Positions 63,601 to 64,000 of a stretch of DNA of 64,000 nt are shown piece by piece. The first letter of the stretch is position 1. Each line of letters opens with the position of its first letter. The notes beneath the pieces were generated by a model, which was not told the origin of the DNA, made no database searches, and saw only the letters and a list, made by a program, of their open reading frames with translations. This stretch comes from Gaiellaceae bacterium (GTDB lineage: Bacteria > Actinomycetota > Thermoleophilia > Gaiellales > Gaiellaceae): the NCBI GenBank assembly GCA_036501285.1, contig DASYAO010000147.1, positions 1,545-65,544 on the forward strand. The letters run 5' to 3'. A program made the position numbers and the translations under genes.

Positions 63601-63991
63601 GGATCGTCGTCGGCGCGCCGATGCCCTTGATCGTGAAGTTGTCGTCGCCCGTGCCGCCGTCGAGCTCGACGGTCGGCGCTGCGAGCGTGCCGGTGGCGTC
63701 CTCGGTGCAGACCTGGTTCGAGATCGTGGTTCCCTTGCAGAGCGCCGTGTCGTCGACCGTGAAGTTGGCGGCCTGGTTCGAGAAGCGCAGGTCGACGTGC
63801 TCGATCCCCTGCAGCTCGACCCCGAAGTACGGGTTCCCCTCGACGTCGGTCTGGCCGGCGGGGTTGATCCCGAGGCCCGTGCTCTCGAGGCTCAGGTAGG
63901 TGTCGGTGAGGTTCCCGTCGGGGACGAAGATCGGCGTGCCGTCGGGCTGCTCCTGGCCGCTGTCGGTCATGCGCGGCACCTGGCGCTCCAC
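39650..63991 (-). CDS. Giant (at least 8,113 aa) mosaic repeat protein, probably a surface or extracellular beta-helix/beta-roll adhesin-like protein. The 5' end may lie beyond the window.
   Basis: The frame is uninterrupted from TAG 39650 to the window edge. Codons at 63992-64000 are also open, so 63991 is only the first in-window start (GTG). Coding-like composition, in-frame repeats and recognisable modules (Ig-like, PPC-like, jelly-roll, GGxGxD turns) run throughout. Confidence 0.85.
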   Translation of the reverse strand: MERQVPRMTDSGQEQPDGTPIFVPDGNLTDTYLSLESTGLGINPAGQTDVEGNPYFGVELQGIEHVDLRFSNQAANFTVDDTALCKGTTISNQVCTEDATGTLAAPTVELDGGTGDDNFTIKGIGAPTTILGGAGTDTTTVSSSAADLSGILSRLTIDGADALTTNSPALTQQGIAALPDPQKTLVNFFLNPSNAILVVQGQQLGTSPDGQPYYQGNFVPILCIVGTTCTDPNEPNGTIDVEAGVVDEASIAVAAGGNSTKLTGITATPGTITIGAGVTIADPVSGTIGGANVSITDGFLAGDVLDVTIAPGVPIGKTYNGGSLELSGIASLAAYEQVLSTLTFSSTATDATNGGKDTTRTITFAVGSGNLVQVNVQQEGVPEYGVQQQGQQVVGEQLLGIQLSGIQQYGIQAGDGTITIVSSGTPNAVPLFLDGAGNPTILNTGTQDILVEPAGTTGAVLLYLDAGGKPTTSNATGIQDIQVFTSNPPTGAVPLYLDANGNPTTTKPPIAIEDISTTNGSTPLYIDTLGNVTTDPSTGVQDIRLLAFGATGAVNIYMDTKGNETTLATDPTTHVANLPVILPSTKGATGAQQVYVDPAFDQVFQSMGANLLADGNFATQVPANGTGGGTNGGGWTTSVIAAAGGWQSTGGVSGSAYYLLDNFPGATPTMSQTITGLVPGAIYQVDFSYANLLSQYGDANNVTLGVYLSASATPTFNSTDLVHGFNKPVNDTSWHSYSFQFMAQTSSETLGFVGQLNNDDVTWGIDEVQVRAINTKAYTTDFTPADNPSKLFIDPSGRETADPSTPDPLNRIFPTNSVSLVPIFESQLKPFLQTADSISSVTSGQDKLIIDDTGSADDISANLTSYTIPVDTLQNGRPVLNSDGLPGGSETMTAEHYFGGEPVLDPLTGQPMLHTIGDPEVDLFTCRPLLDPNGNIITYTTTAPMLHTACDTVVEQRGANVEELGGEPVVDENGNPVYTGNTPFTFQPGQAEIADRGQQVYDLEQADGSFVAIGASSFTAPSFTLTSLAGAVLTLTGNQTLEADDQVFVLVYDGTNIYLLPNDPNDYSFDASAGTVTLGAGVTAACIADKTCNTVTVKLEIERAATHAAGDIVLYGGSEAVVAGQPILGAGSALQFDTKGNVIVYTPAQTTQTVRESFYWNPPKGTTQPVTQTITLNEKPAAGTLQVFIGTTKLTLGTDFTIGGANGTTLVLNPTQSALKNSASFGESITVTYTGPVLHARGEPDYTCTGNTCTEVTYAAGAPDLTLGSEPILYTGGQQVDYTNADPVQQTQAVDQLTITGLSTSGAGGVTGDIVYWGLGSVTLNLGNGADQTTIDDTVAHTGSTTVVTGTGDNEVAVRSIQGPTTIDSTAGPDTVYVGSEAGFWPAPLGFSNVKGNANLINSTLTVNGNANDAETVLVDDTTDPASNFGALSSSQLGGIFGSPTSMLDYSGLQTLTVNLGNAGNTFIVESTASGTTTTVNTGGGDDDVEVQSIGFTTNVNAQGGTNDVRIGSTTAFLAGSDPKVGSTLNGIQGGGLLSLNGGPGGNNTLELYDRNDLTPQTGTRAGQLYESSVFGLGMDAAGISYSNFKNLTVRLSDGENNFYVDSTPVGSVLNVYGGDQTPVLNNYDDTIYIRSTGGTATIQGGNGNDLIAVNYDQSGNETFVNGIGGTLNLQGGTGSDLYEIGLTGEAGSTGVAQTVINVSDVITTSDVNQLEIFGTNAPTYYLFRANQAAGTGMVAAFGTDANGQPILTGVVERVNYDGSLNGGLTVFGGIATDNFLLDDNLVPTTVFGGDGNDNFQVAQLYASARDGTNPENGLLPADYFATTQTTDGFLSNGVSFATTIYGGNGDDTFTVYHNLANVFLYGQDGDDTFTVQAFVKVNPNDPDAPFTNINGGTGNDFISYTVDAPVHIDGGGGFDTIVVIGTDFGDTFVITDQGIFGAGLNVSFTNVEKVIVDGGAGNDTFYVQSTSATVDLELVGGQGSDTFDIGGTGTDQPITVVSNSLNGHSGLITQLVSAADAAAYANATVSGISANVGDANAPGVVITQIAPLQVFENGSPTLQSLVVNTYTVVLTQAPTKNVIVTASATPPSQSQLLEGVQNIFLNGQLGGTPLVFTPDDWFMPQTVTVTVAAKPDGVATGDRSVTIQHTVVEGSTAVDGDPYDGIPVQTVAVDVIDADTASVVVAPYDPTANAGKGGVEDQLLVSEGVSTNQPGFLPASDSYAVVLTKQPVGPVTFEATSDGDTQISADGLTWGTVVDLTFDDTHPWNMIQLVYVRATPGSTVKGIHFSRISNAIDPADSGAFLGVTPGDVASGLANAVAGDPTGQFQTSVSGNEVTVTGPAFNATWTAGDSGMLTVDSNASTHAYQGTVTAPITGTPTTGDTWTLNLDGSPFVYVVPPCLDSTQSCPSQTTTLMNSDIATALAKLVSQSGVYVARASGSNILVQRRDNTELMVTLAYQPNGGTAAGAPVFGTLGSSWSKLTLAVSLNANQNVPIGETWTITLDKGSVFNPATAVLYSWVAGANSSTLVSPEDVEVTDDTTGDVLVVQPTGSTNVIEPTGFVVVGDGFVEELANSGCTVSTTPVNCFNGTIGTSQINSINFHDSISTAQDLDLGTWGLNPDPNILGATDVQHITVDATGTGANDYYKFDVTPAMVAAIKATGTPATFDVDNGQYFLNGTPIWASRLLLYDSTGTLIASGAGHSLTSQGAGGSASELDDFLQYAFSTPGEYYIEVSGWLYANAIPNGVTYQLQVSAPGHLIAGFVFAPAPVQSNSTNNTLGTAQSIEPLGQDGQPNGADFYNFFNTSAGDAQFGGTIDWQTPYAEIQGSGDGSFDVFSFQVTQDMLTPTSESVSSSTGATGPFYTQVGLHLTGTVHAGDIWTLGLRDHDYQYMAGANDTLATVAQALANLIQTGPVSGYTVTVQNAGPAGADLNISNTTLGFNLIGQTVSGAVQLAHAADTITTSTEPLQSDNTTPVDFTSAEVDLAGSANPGEVWTLTVGSTAHQCLVGPGGESLTGLAMCLAAAAGGTPSGTSIVLTNLGGTPVSFSVAGSAPQGYATITGTPVAGEVPTVPWTSETFALPGSPLVGEQWTVSLTPAAGGTALTFSAPAADTSGTDLATALKAAFHGTGYTVNSVGAALTVSSQTPFTGTIAVKASGAASTGTAFSHTITVTSGSADTWTATLSDTNGPIATLNNIAGAADAGAVTQNLASAINGVSGFTAKVDGDSVTVTRASGPDFTIVISPTAGGTATPGPATAQVVSLEQYVGDSVTLTLDGTPYTATGANAGADATTIANAIGSAYTVALAPGMPTLVIVKLGGSAISASLTVTAHNGSISSGGTYALPSVASGDQLTLTLSQSGATTETETATTASALAADFTGDFTVTNSNGTLTITGTKGTGSITVALEVVEQLPANQAALVETLSGNAVAGDTWSVSVTGGVTGSATYTVDDGSTGDTLDTIAAALQSQLKSSTIVSQVGANAVITITAVGGASFTTSAGAVSGGTASVSNAATTTLALSAAAINADDIWTVTVDGTPYHYPVAGDTTATIAHALALAIDAASGYTAFSSGSTLYVTKVAGGTLNTSFAVTRNPNAPNATVSGTPSIVWTQDVQLQPGLPGFVSGQTWTVTVGGTPYTVTTTEAAPNPIAALLAKLHSDFMVSAGTGGDDLVFKTPAAPALISVTELRIASSLDSGATEDTRGHYQTATVDLTGSYVDNENWVLTIDGATYTYQVLPLPTSEEALRTLGTIAQGIASLVHTAFLTGKSAVDAVGTTDGTLTLTDESKVDPFVFTLAERNGSAEGSFHLADASDVTGAINVAAVNPAFAWLVSLFPFLAPIFSQNQSLGFTALPVLELFDANNNLLATSTCNLSGGSRTCTDTWSSFGANINVGKPSNALDPLTDPLIDYVFTQPGTYKLEVAANVTWDQCTDGGQLIFGFFCTAGVRNTFKTNGIQQVPTGMNYQLFVSLQGHPTNPNQFSFVGSEVTIVSGTGVGEQATISGYDPERQLFTIAGPGWSTAPDITSRFEIANNLSDDPAYQTQLTKAPDSGTYQVVLTAPLTGSQTVTIDVVPQATPTYDSAEAFDPNSNFGQNDFIQVGVSTPQAVFELAGTPKTGEVWTITLGSASYSYTVQDGDTLTTILNALAAKIPTADYTITVNTTTETLVVHAKSGSFRAGFQITGDTQGTATVTGTDTSSSVTLSGTPALNEVWTLNVDGTAYSYTVQSGDSLQDVANELEGMPAPGVYNAGVGGTSTAPVISVSRRDGKPTSVYLTVSTEGAATASVDASSISVGLGGLPAMNETWTLTLDSSHVYSYTAIYGDTLASIAQAIASKIDVKTYNVGSSGRVITISRVGGGQVAARFSITTDSQGGATVTPQLVFDSTDWDEFQSVTVVGVPDFTVDGGDALSFPPLPNTTDQIRGPVTIVGGNSAQTQSLLTSPLMLPGETNLPLADGTLTCAVGGTPCAGTNGPGTNDAGDATITDLNATNVSATDGERPGFDPRMNSYSYTVEFLDGSAAGETLNVGSVSQDILSLESATGIPVNLTFDGKQLSGQAIFYGTPVVSAAASALKWVSADVAFSGVPNLGDTWELTVDGHTYSVEVTTANDIASLLAEALLEQIPGAFNAQLRSGLLGDSDLLLSRPGNPFDVSFTIVPKTNTEVGGGQGIVSGTPACVMAPTETTECGLDWTLASYRFTTAGGSTDQWALTGGTGTDSFSTTGNGGGTIGDLTNGLAAGVTSTYLPLVSGTQVTFTTGWDVDQNGQPETPSAGDPYHVAPLNPNTTVNETQQVDTLNVYDTADPNNLNGTLTESTITGLGMGGDTVIGGLSIPGGISYSALESVNIYLGKGNNTFTIDGTSQATTSVVSGNGNNSINVETVSGHTTVDTGSGSDTVTVGDGGNVDRIAGLLTIDTGTGNDTLVVDDSKDPSSTTGTLTDTTLTGLGMPTVAEEQTVTITAASGNFELLAPDLGSTSTVTLTYPTSLTPAALAASAAAMAQALDTLYGLTGISVTATSASNQVTYTIVFAGDGAGKHFDQLQWVRTWTLTLPAGQTQPFVITAPGFGDATLSPNPTAPDVQAALQKVFGISGITVSGTNNAFEVVVGGVGYSLDLSKLQGVGTAIAGSTLKAAVGATASVQTALVDDGTRSPSLDNVQTIDLTPDATGNLAGSFELHFVLPNSQGVLQDYITGPLPVGISASALLASVSAILNPNNTNPALPFTDNVAVEQHGSSYQIVFRGAFAKASIAYIDTSGLTKGTATVSNQESGIQYYGANTLDVDLGNGNDVFNVQSTTAGTTTNLNTGGGNDHVYVSSQANASVGDLPDHLTGVTDGILGTLAIDEGAGTGQSLMVSDEGAATCATVEAHVGTTCPTIDLETGGVTGLAPAAITFGASHGGDLGGGITFWTGFGADTVTVNGVHSTPGVTEITTLNTGLGDDKVTANLDSTKGGFFVADLQGAYESYQALTQPVFYGNYNTTADVVTASLDGTLLSSDEYTLIPSLNAVALTISPAAGDYVTVNDKHKTTQEFVYDGTSHKLTNPYSAGDGLLVTVNGSPVAATIANDGTIVFSGAAPTLQALVLVQITHIYSQTFTFPQTAPADDDVFDGSGSSLPLVVFGGAGNDTLTGGKGNDILVGDRGRIDFVDNPSAVTFDDQGNVTIGSTAGVEAIRGGGGLGDDSNIPVSNNFVVLSVSQGIDGTDTIVGNGGSDILIGEGASDSVYGDQQPGVTLAGTPGNNVELGDSGAVLAAAGIPIFVTSTFPSLGAPDTVDGGTGNDVIIGGAAGDTIVGSSGYDVLLGDNGSVALNNVSGPNDIKSIAIDQGGNDTITAGDGVSIVIGGFGSDTLTAGTGDAVILGDNGEVDRGPAPSETILSVFTTDTTSATGAVDCITSAAGDNVILGGVAGDFISANGGSQNIILGDNGVVNLNNAGSNDIFSTELSLGGDDTITAGIDNEDATSNVIVGGFGNDKITIGSGDNVVLGDNGYISRTGGKIGFGSLADIVSVTTLDTTSATGGDDTIVSNGGTNVILGGVGADGIQALGGSQNIILGDNGVVNLNNAGNNDIYSVPCADGTFTCTTPLGGNDVIAAGVDNANASSNVIIGGVGMDSITLGSGDNVMLGDNGRVERVGGEIGFGTIAQIVEVFTTDVLGSTGDGDTIVSNGGTNVILGGVGADGIQALGGSENIILGDNGVVNLNNAGSNDIFSSPCGDGTFTCSSPLGGNDVITAGTDNAKATVNIIIGGVGSDQITIGSGDNIVLGDNGLVHRNAGNIGFGTIADVIEINTTDPTSFTGGNDTIVSNGGTNVILGGVGADSIQALGGSQNIILGDNGVVNLNNTGSNDIYSTDLSLGDDDVITAGTDNQNATTNIIIGGFGADKVTIGSGDNIVLGDNGFVHRNAGNIGFGTIADVVQIYTLDVVDLARANDTIISNGGTNVILGGVGADSIQALGGSQNIILGDNGIVNLNNAVANDISSTELSLGGNDVITAGTDNKNATTNIIVGGFGADQITIGSGDNIVLGDNGFIHRKAGNIGFGQITDVVQLYTLDTTSATGGNDTIVSNGGTNVILGGVGADSIQALGGSQNIILGDNGVVNLNNASNNDIFSTPCADDPNDVTCTGPLGGNDLITAGTDSNTNLTSNIIIGGVGADRITIGSGTNVVLGDNGIVRRVGGSIGFGTLAQITQVATTDTTSPTGDNDTVISNGGTNVILGGVGADNISANGGSNNIILGDNGMVTLNSTTENDILTTQPGLGGNDVITAGLDNLNGTHNVILGGFGSDQITLGSGFSIVLGDNGTVFRDGTAAENVFEVQTADADGTTGAGDSITALGGSNIILGGTGGDTILTPAGTNIILGDNGQVDEGGKSGDFDIFTLNPGIGGADKITGGTGNNIILGGPLGDTIQGGPGNDVILGDDGIVHRSDAGNLLGTLVSTLTTNSTDGGNDVIDGGAGNDVILGGYANDVINGADGNDLIFGDNGEVDFGSAVASGYGVLNQSVTRAFTTNPADGGGDIIHGNNGNDIVFGGTAGDTIYGDDGDDLLVGDNGEVDFSAAGVPTITSSTDPTGAGNDLIYGGNDNDTIWGGPADDELHGDLGNDTLYGEAGNDILIGDLGVVTPRGGPEPLPTGTIAAPQNNIQLLEVGTVTATIPLTFTGPPPSWTNPIPTVALEQQLDAASLLLLAVQYANGMPVLNPDGSWNLDLLTIQLAADGNDQLYGGEGNDQLFGEGGNDLLVDGSGNSFLSGGTGDDVLTVGDGNNTVVGDNATIDTSDGNAPNVANGLLLQSPGGPFGAADGLSGNVVFPWTSVVPNDDVDAFNAILPQLTGDEAGLPSANYIPGAGGTQWAPVASFVPDIANHLGQLDGNDTIAAGNGTNLIVGDDLTEFSQTVDLTNPATVLTGLQMAATLLTATAEFAVLTAGIEVAEVATDGTPAPPLTNTVVDATLNIGDDSISFGDGSNTIVGDDLSILAPNILTNVGLADESDAIVDALDTASDGLLLVGRELVTDQHHLLDQISTVVQKNGKPATELTYHVDNLNVGDDTISYFFRHTASGNNLVVGDDYLVETPSVTISLGGKPLFQNPDGSPAPLVWPGPWLCPCGPHGPWPGPWPWPCCGPPGSGNWLWPAFGPPFGPPFGPDHAPGDNVTLGSDTITLGDGNNLVWGDNLADVATNEVLPPNGPPTPPWAHAKPDADDILNAVVDMASHPHDVDDRGWWGDLPGALDNQHNTDISGGNDTITAGNGSNVVFAQSGDDTVTVGTGDNLVSCDGPGNDNKCLLAGGQLIHGIGNVEHEGDLVAQLMTQWARQFSVFGSAQGLVSPSPWIASYSLDLDPDFGPGGDRDEFFVMTPFYVQPTPPPAPTINGPVNTLSMTTLTGTGTAGEVITVYDGATKIGTAIVSALGNWTLQVTLNGLGAHTLTAVDTDRITGIASRPSRSFVVNVFKPTPQPTVTAPANTPLSFTLNGTGTVGDTVSIYEDGSLIGKVKITLASGTWSFAVNLSSGTHVFYATEVDPVSTLVSVASSSITVNGVAVPGAPTIVAGTPSGGKVTLNGTCAAGDKVQLYQGAATVGSAVGCVGGAWTETVTTLTSGKHALTAAQTEPLLGLTSNQSKSVTVSI
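39653..40440 (-). repeat. Three C-terminal Ig-like (Big-type) domains of about 85-90 aa
   Basis: The three domains are LTGTGTAGEVITVYDGATKIGTAIVSALGNWTLQVTLNGLGAHTLTAVD, LNGTGTVGDTVSIYEDGSLIGKVKITLASGTWSFAVNLSSGTHVFYATE and LNGTCAAGDKVQLYQGAATVGSAVGCVGGAWTETVTTLTSGKHALTAAQ. The protein ends ...SKSVTVSI. Confidence 0.65.
43450..46700 (-). repeat. Eight tandem coding units of 363-426 bp (121-142 aa) built from degenerate RTX-like nonapeptides
   Basis: The landmark gttcaggttcac (or a close variant) recurs at 43775, 44201, 44591, 44981, 45398, 45815, 46205 and 46568. The encoded core is GGNDTIVSN GGTNVILGG VGADSIQAL GGSQNIILG DNGVVNLNN. Confidence 0.8.
50180..56850 (-). repeat. Sixteen copies of a module of about 93 aa (G-[DE]-x-W-T-[LIV]-T-[LV]-D-G ... 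Y-x-Y-T-V-x-x-G-D-T-L-x-x-I-A)
   Basis: The Trp codon of the motif lies at 56836, 56491, 55348, 55003, 54715, 54448, 53686, 53398, 53104, 52822, 51628, 51352, 51073 and 50214. Two W-less copies lie near 54175 and 53935. Spacing in the core array is 240-345 bp. Confidence 0.75.
62170..62720 (-). repeat. Six tandem repeats of about 30 aa (G-A-V-P-L-Y-L-D-A-x-G-N-P-T-T) near the N-terminus of the giant ORF
   Basis: The six copies are AVPLFLDGAGNPT, AVLLYLDAGGKPTT, AVPLYLDANGNPTT, TPLYIDTLGNVTT, AVNIYMDTKGNETT and QQVYVDPAFDQV, read from the track translation. Confidence 0.6.
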
Positions 63992-64000
63992 CAGCTGGCC

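Noticed and set aside
1-64000. Search for tRNA/rRNA genes, transposases, integrases, phage genes, toxin-antitoxin pairs, restriction-modification or other defence systems
   Set aside because: The intergenic gaps (the largest are about 248, 206, 161, 95 and 70 bp) contain no tRNA-like T-loop/acceptor pattern. No ORF translation shows DDE/HUH/tyrosine-recombinase, nuclease-helicase or methyltransferase signatures. No terminal inverted repeats or direct-repeat-flanked inserts were seen.

Overview
This is a very GC-rich bacterial chromosomal segment (about 70% by eye, not computed). It is gene-dense with almost no intergenic DNA. Many genes have 1-nt or 4-nt start/stop overlaps (ATGA, GTGA, TGATG), and several appear leaderless. 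That style fits a high-GC Actinomycetota-like genome, which is an inference only.

I can support 38 protein-coding genes. I found no rRNA, tRNA, CRISPR array, transposase, integrase, phage gene or recognisable defence system.

Layout from left to right:
1. nt 1-4409 (-): a 3'-truncated secreted S53 sedolisin peptidase fused to a 13-14-blade propeller plus MBG-like and Ig-like modules. It is absent from the supplied ORF track because it runs off the window edge.
2. nt 4658-5734 (-): a secreted TIGR03118-like propeller protein.
3. nt 5805-14837 (-): one long chain of coupled genes. It encodes a COG4280-like membrane protein, a 74-aa membrane protein, a ChrB_N-like protein, a FecBCDE-type ABC importer, a family III CoA-transferase, a CitE/HpcH lyase and a class III aminotransferase.
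4. nt 14933-18759 (-): an aconitase paralogue and an amidohydrolase. They diverge from a GntR-tldD-pmbA-esterase operon at nt 18783-23072 (+).
5. nt 22976-29290: threonine aldolase and an RpiR regulator (-) diverge from two tandem C45 acyltransferase/hydrolase paralogues and a flavin amine oxidase (+). These converge on a Rieske oxygenase (-).
6. nt 29497-39488 (-): a LacI, GH39, Opp-type ABC (SBP, 2 permeases, 2 ATPases) and secreted glucoamylase-like glycan operon.
7. nt 39650 to the right edge (-): a single ORF of at least 8,113 codons encoding a mosaic repeat protein.

The giant ORF is the most unusual object in the window. It contains at least two module families I cannot assign to named domains, an 8-unit nonapeptide super-repeat and a Trp/Pro/Cys-rich linker. 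No export or anchoring signal is visible.

Among the non-coding signals, a 60-bp promoter/leader element is present twice, 14.4 kb apart. Two divergent gene pairs are separated by only 23-24 bp, and each gap is centred on a palindrome that puts a -10-like hexamer on both strands.

All coordinates, translations and alignments were done by hand. No database search was possible.
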